Shown one piece after another: positions 44,191-55,766 of a stretch of 64,000 nt of DNA. Position numbers and translations under genes: made by a program. This stretch comes from an uncultured Chloroflexia bacterium (GTDB taxonomy: Bacteria; Chloroflexota; Anaerolineae; CG2-30-64-16), in NCBI GenBank assembly GCA_963810095.1, contig CAWEMM010000006.1:160001-224000 (forward strand), written 5' to 3'. Position 1 is the first letter of the stretch, and every line of letters begins with the position of its first letter. A model generated the notes under the pieces. It was given only the letters and a program-made list of their open reading frames with translations. It was not told the origin of the DNA and searched no databases.

Positions 44191-44943
44191 ATGACACCGA
44201 CCTTCAAACAGCGACTTCAGGCGGGGGAGACCGTGGTTGGCCCGATCCTCGCCCTGCCCTGCCCCGACGTGGCCGACCTGCTCTCGCGCGTCGGGTTCGA
44301 CTATCTGTGGATCGACCTGGAGCACTCGCCGATGGACGTCGGCGACGCCCAGATGCTGATCCAGGCCGCGGGCGACCGCTGCCCGTGCATCATTCGAGTG
44401 CCGGAAGTCAGCGAGGCGTGGATCAAGAAGGCGCTCGACACCGGGTGCGACGGGATCGTGATCCCGCAGATTCGGTCGGCGGCTGAGGCCCGAGCGGCGG
44501 TGGCCTGGTGCCAGTATCCTCCGGCGGGCAGGCGGGGCGCGGCTTTCACCCGGGCGCACGGGTTCGGGCTCAGCTTCGCAGAGTACGTGGACCGGGCGAA
44601 CACGGATGTGGCAATCATCCTGCAGGTCGAGCACATCGACGCGGTCGACGACATCGACGCGCTGCTGCTGACGCCGGGCGTTGCGGCACTGTTCGTCGGG
44701 CCATTTGATCTTTCGGGCAGCATGGGGCTGTTGGGCCAGGTCGGGCACACGGACGTGCAGGCGGCAATCGACCGGGTCGTGCGCGCGGGGCGGGCCGCGG
44801 GAATGCCCTTGGGGTTGTTTGTTGCCGACCCGGCGGCCGCGCCCGCGGCTGTCGGACGGGGATTCAACATGATCGCGGTGGGCACGGACATGTCCTACCT
44901 GCTGAACGCGGGCCGGGCAGCCCTGGAAGCCGCCCGCGGGTAG
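44191..44943 (+). CDS. HpcH/HpaI-family class II pyruvate aldolase
   Basis: GFDYLWIDLEHS, YPPAGRRG, LQVEH and FVGPFDLS. Confidence 0.93.
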   Translation: MTPTFKQRLQAGETVVGPILALPCPDVADLLSRVGFDYLWIDLEHSPMDVGDAQMLIQAAGDRCPCIIRVPEVSEAWIKKALDTGCDGIVIPQIRSAAEARAAVAWCQYPPAGRRGAAFTRAHGFGLSFAEYVDRANTDVAIILQVEHIDAVDDIDALLLTPGVAALFVGPFDLSGSMGLLGQVGHTDVQAAIDRVVRAGRAAGMPLGLFVADPAAAPAAVGRGFNMIAVGTDMSYLLNAGRAALEAARG

Positions 44944-45018
44944 GAAGGGGAAAGGCGACAGCAGCGAAACGCGGAAATCCAAAACGCGCAACACACGAAA
45001 GTCGTTAAGGAAAGCGCC

Positions 45019-46014
45019 ATGTCAAGACCCAACGTCTTCATCACCCGCATCATCCCCGACAAGGGGCTCGACCTGATCCGGGAGTTCTGCGAGGTCGATC
45101 TGTGGACAGACGAACTGCCGCCCACGCGCGCGACCTTGCTCGAACGCGTCGCCGGCATCAACGGCCTGCTGAGCCTGCTGACCGACCGCATCGACGGCGA
45201 AATCATGGACGCGGCCGGCCCGCAGCTGAAGGTGATCTCGAACCATGCGGTCGGGTTTGATAACGTCGACGTGCCGGCAGCGACGGCCCGGGGCATCCCC
45301 GTTGGCAACACGCCCGGCATCCTGACCGACGCGACGGCGGACTTCGCCTTTGCCCTGCTCATGACAGCCGCACGTCGAGTCGTCGAGAGCGAGCGCTACG
45401 TGCGCGACGGCAAATGGAAGACCTGGGGGCCGTCGCTGCTGCTGGGGCAGGACATTCACGGCGCGACCCTGGGCCTGATCGGTTTCGGCAGGATCGGGCA
45501 GGCGATGGCGAAACGGGCGCAGGGATTCGACATGCGGGTGCTCTACTACGATCCGTCAAGCCCCGTCACCCATCCCGCGCTGCACGCGACGCCGGCCGGC
45601 CTGGAGACCTTGCTGGCCGAGAGTGACTTCGTCTCCATCCACACGCCGCTGACGCCCGAGACGCGCGGGCTAATGAACCGGGAGCGATTCGGCCTGATGA
45701 AGCCTACGGCGGTGCTTATCAACACGGCCCGCGGGCCGGTCGTCGACCCCGCCGCCCTGTACGATGCGCTCTCGGCCGGCCGCATCTTCGCGGCCGCGCT
45801 GGACGTGACGGACCCCGAACCGATCCCGTTCGACAGCCCGCTGCTGGCGCTCGACAACCTGGTGGTCGTCCCCCACATCGCCAGCGCCAGCGTGGCGACC
45901 CGGCAGAAGATGTCGCTGATGGCCGCGCAAAATCTGATCGCAGGGTTGCAGGGCGAGCGGCTGCCGAACTGCGTAAACCCGGAAGTGTATTCAGCACTGG
46001 CTTCGGCCACCTAA
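45019..46014 (+). CDS. D-isomer-specific 2-hydroxyacid dehydrogenase (glyoxylate/hydroxypyruvate reductase)
   Basis: AVGFDNVD, GFGRIG, INTARG, DVTDPEP and PHIAS. Confidence 0.93.
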   Translation: MSRPNVFITRIIPDKGLDLIREFCEVDLWTDELPPTRATLLERVAGINGLLSLLTDRIDGEIMDAAGPQLKVISNHAVGFDNVDVPAATARGIPVGNTPGILTDATADFAFALLMTAARRVVESERYVRDGKWKTWGPSLLLGQDIHGATLGLIGFGRIGQAMAKRAQGFDMRVLYYDPSSPVTHPALHATPAGLETLLAESDFVSIHTPLTPETRGLMNRERFGLMKPTAVLINTARGPVVDPAALYDALSAGRIFAAALDVTDPEPIPFDSPLLALDNLVVVPHIASASVATRQKMSLMAAQNLIAGLQGERLPNCVNPEVYSALASAT

Positions 46015-46098
46015 CCACAAAGGCTCCAAGGCACGAAGGTGCACCAAGGCTTGCAGGAGACTCGCGCAGGCTCCGTGTCTTTGTGACTTTGTGGTTAG
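46011..46098. repeat. 88-bp palindromic element with CTAACCACAAAG...CTTTGTGGTTAG ends
   Basis: 12-bp terminal inverted repeats; internal GCACGAAG/GCACCAAG units; overlaps the upstream TAA stop. Confidence 0.8.
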
Positions 46099-46129
46099 CA
46101 CCGCCCGGCCTTCGCGCGGTTTTCCGCAT

Positions 46130-46159
46130 TTGACAACCTTCTGTACTCTATGTTAGAGT
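46130..46159 (+). promoter_or_regulatory. Sigma70 promoter of the ilv-leu operon
   Basis: TTGACA-18 bp-TAGAGT with an extended -10 TG. Confidence 0.7.
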
Positions 46160-46169
46160 GCCGCCCGTC

Positions 46170-46253
46170 ATGAAGAACACCGGCCTGGTCCTCGTCCTTA
46201 TTAGCAAGCTCCTCGTTCTTGAGGAGCTAGTTCCACTTGGGAGGACCTGCTAA
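46170..46253 (+). CDS. Branched-chain amino acid attenuator leader peptide (27 aa)
   Basis: MKNTGLVLVLISKLLVLEELVPLGRTC*: 13 of 27 codons are Leu/Val/Ile; lies between the promoter and the terminator upstream of ilvB. Confidence 0.85.
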   Translation: MKNTGLVLVLISKLLVLEELVPLGRTC

Positions 46254-46288
46254 GGCCGAACTGAGCCAAAGTAGACCCTGAAAGCCGC

Positions 46289-46323
46289 AGAGGGCCTCCC
46301 AGACCGGGAGGCCCTCTTTAATT
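46289..46323 (+). terminator. Attenuator terminator
   Basis: AGAGGGCCTCCC-AGACC-GGGAGGCCCTCT-TTAATT. The left arm can alternatively pair with TGGGAGG at 46238-46244 (antiterminator). Confidence 0.85.
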
Positions 46324-46380
46324 CCTGCCACCGCCGGCACCCTCAAGGCACTGACGCCCCCGCCGCAACGATGCTGTTGA

Positions 46381-46468
46381 CTAACCACAAAAAAACTAAG
46401 ACACAAAGGGGCACGAAGCCTACGGGTCGACTTTGTGGACCTTCGAGTCTTTGAGCCTTCGTGGTTAG
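46381..46468. repeat. 88-bp palindromic element, second copy
   Basis: CTAACCACAAAA...ACACAAAGGGGCACGAAG...CTTTGTGG...CTTCGTGGTTAG. Confidence 0.75.
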
Positions 46469-46507
46469 CGTCTGTACCCCCTACGGCACTATTTTGGAGG
46501 TTTTACC

Positions 46508-48217
46508 ATGCAACGCACCGGCGCTCAGATCATCTGGGAAAGTTTCATGCGGGAAGGCGTCGACGTCGTCTTCGGCTATCCGGGCGGCGCGATCATGCCG
46601 GCCTACGATGCCCTGCTCGACTACCCTGTGCACCACGTCCTCGTCCGGCATGAGGAGAACGCAGCGTTTGCGGCCGACGGCTATCCGCGAGCGTCGGGCC
46701 GGGTCGGCGTGTGCATGGCCACATCCGGGCCGGGCGCGACGAACCTGATCACCGGGCTGGCCGGCGCCATGATGGACTCGATCCCCGTCGTCGCCGTCAC
46801 CGGGCAGGTCGCTTCCCCCTTCGTCGGCACGGACGCGTTCCAGGAGACCGATGTCACCGGCGTCACGCTCCCCATCACCAAGCACAACTACCTGATCAAG
46901 GACGTGGCCGACCTGCCCCTGGCCATGAAGGAAGCCTTCCACATTGCCCGCTCGGGCCGGCCCGGCCCCGTGCTGGTGGACGTGTGCAAAGACGTGCAGT
47001 TCAAATCGACCGAGTTCGACTACGATGCCATCCACCTGCGTCTGCCGGGCTACCGGCCCCACTTGCGCGGCCGCGCAGAGCAGGTGCGCAGGGCCGCTGC
47101 TTTCATCAACGCCTCGCAACGTCCCGTCATCCTCGCCGGCCACGGCATCATCCTCTCGGGCGCACACGACGAGCTCCGCACCCTGGCGGAAAAGGGCCAA
47201 ATTCCAGTCTCCACCACGCTGTTGGGTATCGGCGCCATGCCGGAATCGCACCCGCTAAACCTGCGCATGATGGGCATGCATGGCGAGGCGTTCGTCAACC
47301 AGGCAATCCACAATGCCGACTTAATCATTGCGCTCGGCATGCGCTTCGACGACCGTGTGACCGGCAACCTGGCAACCTACGCGCAGAACGCGAACGTCAT
47401 TCACGTCGACATCGATCCGGCGGAGATCGGCAAGAATGTCACGACCGACGTGGGCATCGCCGGCGACGTGCGCCAGGTGCTCCAGCAGTTGCTGCCCCTG
47501 GTCGAGACTAGCGACCGGAGCGGCTGGTTCAACCAGATCGAAGAGTGGCGCGTCGACTCTGCAGCGCGCGACATCCTGTCGAACGGGCACGATAAGGCCC
47601 CACACGTGCCCTACGTCGTGGACGCAATCCACAAGGCGACCCGCGGCGTGCACGCGACCATCGTAACCGACGTGGGGCAGCACCAGATGTGGACCGCGCA
47701 GTATTACCGGCACGACAACCCTAACCGGTTCCTGACATCCGGCGGCCTGGGCGCGATGGGCTACGGCCTCCCCGCAGCCATCGGCGCCAAGTTTGCCAGG
47801 CCGGAAGACGAGGTGTGGGCAGTCGTCGGGGATGGCGGCTTCCAGATGAGCATCCCGGAACTGGCGACTCTGGCGCAGGAAGGGCTGGGCGTGAAGATCG
47901 CGATCATGCGCAACGGCTATCTCGGCATGGTGCGCCAGTGGCAGGAACTGATCCACGGCAAGCGCTATTCGGAGGTCCAGATCAAAGCGCCCGACTTCCT
48001 GAAGCTGGCGGACGCCTACGGTATTGTCGGGATGCGGGCCACCAAGCGCTCAGAGGTCCACGACGTCATCGCCGAAGCCCGCTCCTTCGACGGGCCGGTG
48101 CTGATGGATTTCGTCGTAGAGCAGGAAGAAAACGTGTACCCGATGGTCGCACCGGGCAAATCGTTGAACGATATGCTGCGCCGGCCGATGAACGAGCGCA
48201 TTGCGGCGGGATACTAA
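46508..48217 (+). CDS. ilvB: Acetolactate synthase large subunit
   Basis: FGYPGGA, RHEE, TSGPGATN and TPP motif GDGGFQM...NGYLGMVRQWQ. Confidence 0.97.
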   Translation: MQRTGAQIIWESFMREGVDVVFGYPGGAIMPAYDALLDYPVHHVLVRHEENAAFAADGYPRASGRVGVCMATSGPGATNLITGLAGAMMDSIPVVAVTGQVASPFVGTDAFQETDVTGVTLPITKHNYLIKDVADLPLAMKEAFHIARSGRPGPVLVDVCKDVQFKSTEFDYDAIHLRLPGYRPHLRGRAEQVRRAAAFINASQRPVILAGHGIILSGAHDELRTLAEKGQIPVSTTLLGIGAMPESHPLNLRMMGMHGEAFVNQAIHNADLIIALGMRFDDRVTGNLATYAQNANVIHVDIDPAEIGKNVTTDVGIAGDVRQVLQQLLPLVETSDRSGWFNQIEEWRVDSAARDILSNGHDKAPHVPYVVDAIHKATRGVHATIVTDVGQHQMWTAQYYRHDNPNRFLTSGGLGAMGYGLPAAIGAKFARPEDEVWAVVGDGGFQMSIPELATLAQEGLGVKIAIMRNGYLGMVRQWQELIHGKRYSEVQIKAPDFLKLADAYGIVGMRATKRSEVHDVIAEARSFDGPVLMDFVVEQEENVYPMVAPGKSLNDMLRRPMNERIAAGY

Positions 48218-48276
48218 CCACAAAGACACAAAGACGCGAAGCCTCGACGTGATGGTGCCTTTCTGTCTTTGTGTTG
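48214..48276. repeat. Dispersed palindromic repeat (RCACRAAG-unit family) starting at the ilvB stop
   Basis: CTAACCACAAAG-ACACAAAG-ACGCGAAG...CTTTCTGTCTTTGTGTTG. Confidence 0.7.
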
Positions 48277-48298
48277 AGGCGTTGCTACTGGAGGATTT

Positions 48299-48934
48299 AT
48301 GCCTTATATCGACCGAACCACGGGCCACCAGGCGCCGCACGTACTCGTGGCGCTGGTGGAGAACAAACCGGGCGTGCTGACCCGGGTGGCCAGCCTGTTC
48401 CGCCGCCGCGGCTTCAACATCGAGAGCCTGACCGTCGGCCACACAGACTCACCTGAGATCTCGCGCATGACGATTGTCGTCGACGCCAACAAGACGGACG
48501 CGACGATGGTCGAGCACAACCTGTTCAAGCTGGTCAACGTGATTGACGTGCAGGACGTGACCCGCCAGCCCGCGGTGCTGCGCGACCTGGCGCTGATCAA
48601 GGTCCGGGTGAACCAGCAGTCGCGCTTCGAGATCGTCCAGTTGGCCGACATCTACCGGGCGAAGGTGGTCGACGTCTGCTCGGATTCGATGATCCTGGAA
48701 GTGACAGGCCCCGAGGCCAAGATCGACTCCATCGCAGATATGCTGCAGCCGTACGGGGTCATCGAAATGGTGCGCACGGGGCTGGTGGCCATGGTGCGCG
48801 GCTCCGGGCATTTCACAGGCTTTGCGCCCGAACATTCAACCGGCGAAGAGGGCGAGAGCGAAGCCGAGTTGGCATACGCCGAGGCAGGCCCCCTGGACGA
48901 CGATGCGCCGCTATCAAGACGGCTGGGCATGTAG
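48299..48934 (+). CDS. ilvN: Acetolactate synthase small (regulatory) subunit
   Basis: [25 protein letters not shown] and IEMVRTG. Confidence 0.95.
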   Translation: MPYIDRTTGHQAPHVLVALVENKPGVLTRVASLFRRRGFNIESLTVGHTDSPEISRMTIVVDANKTDATMVEHNLFKLVNVIDVQDVTRQPAVLRDLALIKVRVNQQSRFEIVQLADIYRAKVVDVCSDSMILEVTGPEAKIDSIADMLQPYGVIEMVRTGLVAMVRGSGHFTGFAPEHSTGEEGESEAELAYAEAGPLDDDAPLSRRLGM

Positions 48935-48939
48935 GATTT

Positions 48940-49000
48940 GTAGCCGCGAGCTTCAGCTCGCCATCGCATGCAGCTATGCGCAAGCTGAAGCTCGCGCTAC
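48940..49000. repeat. GTAG-type REP-like inverted repeat
   Basis: GTAGCCGCGAGCTTCAGCTCGC...GCAAGCTGAAGCTCGCGCTAC. Confidence 0.7.
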
Positions 49001-49023
49001 CAACTCTCATCAGGAGCTTATTC

Positions 49024-50046
49024 GTGGCAAACATTTATTATGACAAGGATGCGGACCTCGGGCGGCTGAGCGGGAAGACCGTTGCCATCATCGGCTTCGG
49101 CAGCCAGGGGCATGCCCACGCGCAGAACCTGCACGACTCGGGCGTGAATGTGGTCGTCGGGCTGTACTCGGGGAGCAAGTCGTGGGCCAAGGTGGAGGCG
49201 GCCGGGCTGACGCCGATGACGGTTGCGGAGGCTACCCGCGCAGCCGACGTCATCATGGTCCTCACACCCGACGTCGGCCAAGGCAAGCTCTACCGGGAAG
49301 AGATCGCGCCGAACCTCTCCGCAGGCAAAACGCTCATGTTCGCGCACGGGTTCGGCATCCGTTTCGGCCAGGTCGTGCCCCCGGCCGACGTCGACGTGAG
49401 CATGATTGCGCCCAAGGGCCCGGGGCACCGGGTTCGCGAAACGTACGTGGCGGGCCAGGGTGTGCCTGCGCTGTTGGCGGTCTACCAGGATGCGAGCGGG
49501 AACGCGAAGGCCAACGCGCTGGCCTATGCCAGTGGCATCGGCGCAGGGCGCTCGGGCGTCCTGGAAACCACTTTTGCCGAGGAAACCGAGACGGATCTCT
49601 TCGGCGAGCAGGCCGTGCTGTGCGGCGGTATCTCGAACCTGATGAAGGCGGGGTTCGAGACGCTCGTCGAGGCGGGCTATCAGCCCGAAATCGCCTATTT
49701 CGAGTGCATCCACGAGATGAAGCTCATCGTCGACCTGATCTACCAGGGCGGACTCTCGTACATGCGCTACTCCGTGAGCGATACGGCAGAGCACGGCGAC
49801 TACCGCTCGGGCCCACGCGTCGTGACCGACGAGACACGCGCCGAGATGCGCAAAATCCTGTCCGAAATCCAAACGGGGCAGTATGCGGAAGAGTGGATGG
49901 ACGAGAACGCCTCCGGCCGGCCGGTCTTCAACAAGATCCGAGCCGACGAGATGGACAGCCAGGTCGAGCAGGTCGGTCGCAACTTGCGCCGGATGATGCC
50001 CTGGTTGAACCCGAAGGAAGTCAAGCCCGGTGAGGGCGGCGCGTAA
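49024..50046 (+). CDS. ilvC: Ketol-acid reductoisomerase
   Basis: Likely GTG start at 49024 after AGGAG; [17 protein letters not shown] and [16 protein letters not shown]. Confidence 0.97.
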   Translation: MANIYYDKDADLGRLSGKTVAIIGFGSQGHAHAQNLHDSGVNVVVGLYSGSKSWAKVEAAGLTPMTVAEATRAADVIMVLTPDVGQGKLYREEIAPNLSAGKTLMFAHGFGIRFGQVVPPADVDVSMIAPKGPGHRVRETYVAGQGVPALLAVYQDASGNAKANALAYASGIGAGRSGVLETTFAEETETDLFGEQAVLCGGISNLMKAGFETLVEAGYQPEIAYFECIHEMKLIVDLIYQGGLSYMRYSVSDTAEHGDYRSGPRVVTDETRAEMRKILSEIQTGQYAEEWMDENASGRPVFNKIRADEMDSQVEQVGRNLRRMMPWLNPKEVKPGEGGA

Positions 50047-50048
50047 TA

Positions 50049-50133
50049 GGACGCAGATTGAACTGGTCAAACTGATTCACCTGGTTTCTCGCAATAATCA
50101 TTAGGATCAGTTCAATCAGTTAAATCTGCGTAC
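50049..50133. repeat. Imperfect intergenic palindrome (ACGCAGAT...ATCTGCGT family)
   Basis: GGACGCAGATTGAACTGGTCAAACTGAT...ATCAGTTCAATCAGTTAAATCTGCGTAC. Confidence 0.7.
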
Positions 50134-50150
50134 GGTTAGAAGGTGGCCTT

Positions 50151-51743
50151 ATGGATACTGTCCGGATTTTTGACACGACGCTGCGCGATGGAGAGCAGTC
50201 GCCTGGGGCGACGCTGAACATGGACGAGAAGCTCGAGATCGCGCGGCAGCTGGCGCGGATGGGCGTCGACATCATCGAAGCAGGCTTCCCCATCGCGTCG
50301 CCGGGCGATTTCGAAGCGGTGCGGCAGATTGCGGAGGAGATCGGTACGGCTGAGAATGCCCCCACGATCGCCGGGCTCGCCCGCGCCGCCCGTGTGGACA
50401 TCGACCGGGCGTGGGATGCCGTGCGGCCCGCCCGCAAGCCGCGCATCCACACCTTTCTGGCGACCTCCGACATTCACCTTGACCACAAGCTCCGCATCAC
50501 CCGTGAGGAGTGCGTTAAGCGGGTGGGCGAGATGGTGGCGTACGCGTGCAGCCTCTGCCCCGACGTCGAATTCTCTCCGGAGGACGCCGGGCGCTCCGAT
50601 CCCGAATTCCTGTACCAGGTGCTGGCGGTCGCAATCGAGGCCGGCGCCAAGACGCTCAATATCCCGGATACGGTGGGCTACACCACGCCGGCCGAGTTCG
50701 GCGGCCTAATCCGCGGCATACGGGAGAACGTGCGCGCCCCTTCGGGGCAAAGCGCCAAGGACGTGATTATCTCCGCGCACTGCCATAACGACCTGGGCCT
50801 GGCGACCGCGAACACGCTGGCCGCGATCCAGAACGGCGCGCGACAGATCGAGGTGACGATCAACGGCATCGGCGAGCGGGCAGGCAACACTTCGCTGGAA
50901 GAGGTCGTGATGGCGCTGCACACCCGGCCGAACGTCTACTGCGTCGGCACGAGCATCGACACCACGCAGATTGCCCGCATCAGCCGCCTGGTTAGCGCAT
51001 ACACCGGCATCCCCGTTCAGCCCAACAAGGCCATCGTCGGCGCAAACGCGTTCGCGCACGAGGCGGGCATTCACCAGGACGGGATGATGAAGAACCCGCT
51101 GACCTACGAGATCATGCGGCCGGAGACCATCGGTATCAGCGAAAGCCGTCTCGTGTTGGGCAAGCACAGCGGACGCCACGCCTTCCAGTCGAAGGTGATC
51201 GAACTGGGCTACGACCTGAACGCCGACCAGCTCAACCGAGTCTTCGAGCGCTTCAAGGATCTGTGCGACAAAAAGAAGGTCGTCTCCGATCCCGACATCG
51301 AGGCGGTGGTCAACGACGAAGTGTACCAGCCACAGGAGCTGTGGCGGCTGCAGCACGTGCAGATCTCGTGCGGCAGCGGCTTGCGGCCAACCGCGACGGT
51401 CAGCCTTAAGGGACCGGACGGGATGACGCGCGAGGATGCGGCCCTGGGGTCGGGCCCGGTCGATGCGGTGTACAAGGCCATCAACCGCATCACCCAGGTG
51501 CCGAACGTGCTGACCGAGTTCAGCATCAAGGCGGTCACCGAAGGGATCGACGCGGTCGGCGAGGTGACCATCCGCATCGAGCCAACCGGACCCGCGGGCG
51601 GGAATGGCAATGGGCACGACACGCCCAGCGGGCCACGCACCCGCACCTATAGCGGCCACGGCGCGGACACAGATATCCTGGTCGCCAGCGCGAAAGCGTA
51701 CGTCAGCGCGTTGAACAAGATGCTCACTGTCATGAAAGGATAA
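50151..51743 (+). CDS. leuA: 2-isopropylmalate synthase
   Basis: [28 protein letters not shown] and [10 protein letters not shown]. Confidence 0.96.
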   Translation: MDTVRIFDTTLRDGEQSPGATLNMDEKLEIARQLARMGVDIIEAGFPIASPGDFEAVRQIAEEIGTAENAPTIAGLARAARVDIDRAWDAVRPARKPRIHTFLATSDIHLDHKLRITREECVKRVGEMVAYACSLCPDVEFSPEDAGRSDPEFLYQVLAVAIEAGAKTLNIPDTVGYTTPAEFGGLIRGIRENVRAPSGQSAKDVIISAHCHNDLGLATANTLAAIQNGARQIEVTINGIGERAGNTSLEEVVMALHTRPNVYCVGTSIDTTQIARISRLVSAYTGIPVQPNKAIVGANAFAHEAGIHQDGMMKNPLTYEIMRPETIGISESRLVLGKHSGRHAFQSKVIELGYDLNADQLNRVFERFKDLCDKKKVVSDPDIEAVVNDEVYQPQELWRLQHVQISCGSGLRPTATVSLKGPDGMTREDAALGSGPVDAVYKAINRITQVPNVLTEFSIKAVTEGIDAVGEVTIRIEPTGPAGGNGNGHDTPSGPRTRTYSGHGADTDILVASAKAYVSALNKMLTVMKG

Positions 51744-51748
51744 GGGTC

Positions 51749-51806
51749 GTAGGGGCAAGGCATGGTGCGGAGCGCCTTCGGCGCTCCGCACCATGCCTTG
51801 CCCCTA
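51749..51806. repeat. GTAG-type REP-like hairpin with a perfect 27-bp stem
   Basis: TAGGGGCAAGGCATGGTGCGGAGCGCC-TTC-GGCGCTCCGCACCATGCCTTGCCCCTA. Confidence 0.85.
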
Positions 51807-51823
51807 GCCGAGAAGGGATTCGT

Positions 51824-53225
<1,402 letters not shown>

Positions 53226-53819
53226 ATGGAACCGATCACCAAGTTTACGAGCAAGGTCATCCCGCTACACGCGGAAAACGTCGACACGGATCAGATCATC
53301 CCGGCACGCTTTCTGAAGACCACGAGCAAGGCAGGGTTGGGCGACAGCCTGTTCTGCGACTGGCGCTACGACGCCGACGGGCAATCCGAAGCCGGACTTC
53401 GTGCTGAACCGGTCGGAGATGAAGGGGCGAGCAGTACTGCTCGCCGGAGACAACTTCGGCTGCGGCAGTTCGCGCGAGCACGCGCCGTGGGCGCTCACCG
53501 GGTACGGGCTCCAGGCAATCATCAGCACGTCTTTCGCCGACATCTTCCGGAACAACGCGTCAAGAACGGGTTGCTGCCGGTGGTCGTGGACGCAGAGACG
53601 CATCGCCGCCTGTTCGAGCAACTTGCGGCGGACCCGCACGCAAGCCTCACCGTCGATCTGCACGCGCAGACGCTGACCCTGCCGGACGGAACCGTCGTTC
53701 ACTTTCCGATCGACGCCTTCAGCCGCACTTGCCTGCTGCAGGGCGTGGATGAGTTGGGCTATCTGCTCGGGCATGAGGCGAAGATCGCCGCGTATGAGGC
53801 CGTGCTGGAGCACGTATAG
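53226..53819 (+). CDS. leuD: 3-isopropylmalate dehydratase small subunit; two compensating frameshifts (~53382, ~53560)
   Basis: NVDTDQIIP; [13 protein letters not shown] lies in the alternate frame (ORF 53401); KNGLLP...GVDELG. Confidence 0.93.
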   Translation: MEPITKFTSKVIPLHAENVDTDQIIPARFLKTTSKAGLGDSLFCDWRYDADGQSEAGLRAEPVGDEGASSTARRRQLRLRQFARARAVGAHRVRAPGNHQHVFRRHLPEQRVKNGLLPVVVDAETHRRLFEQLAADPHASLTVDLHAQTLTLPDGTVVHFPIDAFSRTCLLQGVDELGYLLGHEAKIAAYEAVLEHV

Positions 53820-53921
53820 GGCGCAAGCCACAAGCGCGGGAGGTTTGAAGGGGAACGACGAAAGCAAAGAATCCGAACCCTCCCAAGCCGCCCGGAGAAA
53901 AATACACGCGAAGAGGACAAG

Positions 53922-54107
53922 ATGACCGCCACTTCAACTACCAGCACTAGCAAGGTCGACCAGAACGACCTTAACCCGTTGATGGACGTGTACAACCCCC
54001 TGCCGCCGCAGGCGGAGCAGCCGGCGCGCTTCTACTGGCAGGAACCCTGGCACGGCACAACCGGCGATGCCGGTGCGGCCGACGTCCAGGCCGCGTTCGA
54101 GAACTGA
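53922..54107 (+). CDS. Small hypothetical protein (61 aa) with a Thr/Ser-rich N-terminus
   Basis: SD-like GAGGA before the ATG; MTATSTTSTSK...; the stop lies 2 bp before the cimA start. Confidence 0.55.
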   Translation: MTATSTTSTSKVDQNDLNPLMDVYNPLPPQAEQPARFYWQEPWHGTTGDAGAADVQAAFEN

Positions 54108-54109
54108 TT

Positions 54110-55753
54110 ATGATGACCGGCGCTGTCACCATCTATGACACCACACTGCGCGACGGGGCTCAGGGTGAGGGCGTCTCATTTTCGGTCGAAGACAAGCTGG
54201 CCATCGCGGAGCGCCTCGACGACGTGGGCATCCACTTCATTGAAGGTGGTTGGCCGGGGTCGAACGCCAAGGATGTGGAGTTCTTTCGCCGGGCGCGGTC
54301 ACTGTCGATGAAGCACGCCCAGTTGGCGGCTTTCGGCTCGACCCGCCGGGCCGGAACGACTTGCGATGCAGACAGCCAGGTTGCACTGCTGCTCGACGCT
54401 CAGACGCCGGTAGTCACGATCGTCGGGAAGAGCTGGGACCTGCACGTGCATCACGTGCTCGAGACTACCTTGGACGAAAACCTGTGCATGATCCGCGAGA
54501 CGGTGGCCTACCTGAAGGCGCACGGGCGGCAGGTTTTCTACGATGCGGAGCACTTCTTCGACGGGTACAAGGCAAACCCCCGCTACGCGCTCGCATGCGT
54601 GGCCGCCGCGCAGGAAGCGGGCGCGGACGTGATCGTGCTGTGCGAGACGAACGGCGGAGCCATGCCCTGGGAGGTCGAAGAGATCGTGGCCGCGACCGCC
54701 GTGTATCTGGGCGGCCTGCCGGGCGCGGCCGAGCTGGGCATTCACACGCATGACGACGCGGGCGTGGCAGTGGCCAATGCGCTGGCTGCAGTCCGGGCCG
54801 GCGCGACGCAGGTGCAAGGCACGCTGAACGGAATCGGCGAGCGGGTCGGCAACTGCAACCTGTGCACTGTCGTGCCCAACCTACAGCTCAAACTCGGCCT
54901 GCACTGCCTGGAGGCAGAACAGCTCGCGCGGCTGACGGAAATGTCGCGCTTCGCGTCTGAAACCGCCAACCTGGCACCGAACCCGCGGCAGCCTTACGTG
55001 GGCTCGAGCGCGTTCGCGCACAAGGGTGGCATCCACGTGGCCGCGGTGATGAAGGTCGAGCACAGCTACCAGCACATCGATCCGGTGCTGGTGGGCAACG
55101 AGCGCAGGGTGCTCGTCAGCGAGCTGTCGGGCCGCGGCAACCTGGTCTACAAAGCCCAGGAATTTGGCGTCGACGCGAGCAAGGAAGAGGTCCAGCAGGT
55201 GCTGGCCCAGATCAAGGAACTGGAGAACCGGGGTTTCTACTTCGAGGGTGCGGAGGCGTCAGTGGCCCTCATGCTGCATCGCCTCAAGGCCGGTTACTGC
55301 CGGCCCTTCGAGCTGGTGGACTTCATGGTGGTGGTGGAGCACCGGCAGGGCCGGGGCCTCCTGGCCGAGGCAAGCGTCAAGGTCAAGGTGGGTGACGAGA
55401 TCATGCACACGGCCGCAGAGGGTAACGGCCCCGTGAATGCGTTGGATAGGGCGCTGCGCAAAGCACTTATTCCCCATTATCCGCGCCTGGCCGACGTTTA
55501 CCTCGCCGACTACAAGGTGCGTATCCTCGACGGCGACGCAGCAACCGCTGCGACGACCCGTGTTATTATTGAGACCCGCAACGGTCATGGGGCGTGGAGC
55601 ACCGTGGGCAGCTCGCCCAACATCATCGACTCCTCCTGGCAGGCCCTGGCCGACAGCATGGAATACGCGCTTATTGGCGAGTCAGAGGACCGCAACACAA
55701 AGAGGCACCAAGACATCCGGAGAAGTTCTTTGTGTCTTTGGTCCTTTGTGTAA
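54110..55753 (+). CDS. cimA: Citramalate synthase
   Basis: [42 protein letters not shown] and ADYKVRIL are characteristic of the bacterial CimA clade. Confidence 0.92.
   Translation: MMTGAVTIYDTTLRDGAQGEGVSFSVEDKLAIAERLDDVGIHFIEGGWPGSNAKDVEFFRRARSLSMKHAQLAAFGSTRRAGTTCDADSQVALLLDAQTPVVTIVGKSWDLHVHHVLETTLDENLCMIRETVAYLKAHGRQVFYDAEHFFDGYKANPRYALACVAAAQEAGADVIVLCETNGGAMPWEVEEIVAATAVYLGGLPGAAELGIHTHDDAGVAVANALAAVRAGATQVQGTLNGIGERVGNCNLCTVVPNLQLKLGLHCLEAEQLARLTEMSRFASETANLAPNPRQPYVGSSAFAHKGGIHVAAVMKVEHSYQHIDPVLVGNERRVLVSELSGRGNLVYKAQEFGVDASKEEVQQVLAQIKELENRGFYFEGAEASVALMLHRLKAGYCRPFELVDFMVVVEHRQGRGLLAEASVKVKVGDEIMHTAAEGNGPVNALDRALRKALIPHYPRLADVYLADYKVRILDGDAATAATTRVIIETRNGHGAWSTVGSSPNIIDSSWQALADSMEYALIGESEDRNTKRHQDIRRSSLCLWSFV
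55693..55753. repeat. Dispersed palindromic repeat (RCACRAAG-unit family) inside the cimA 3' end
   Basis: CAACACAAAGAGGCACCAAGACA...CTTTGTGTCTTTGGTCCTTTGTGTAA. Confidence 0.7.
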
Positions 55754-55766
55754 AGAAAGGACTTAC

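Noticed and set aside
46100-46500. T-box riboswitch upstream of ilvB
   Set aside because: There is no T-box consensus (GGTGGNACCGCG), and the leader peptide plus alternative hairpins explain the region.
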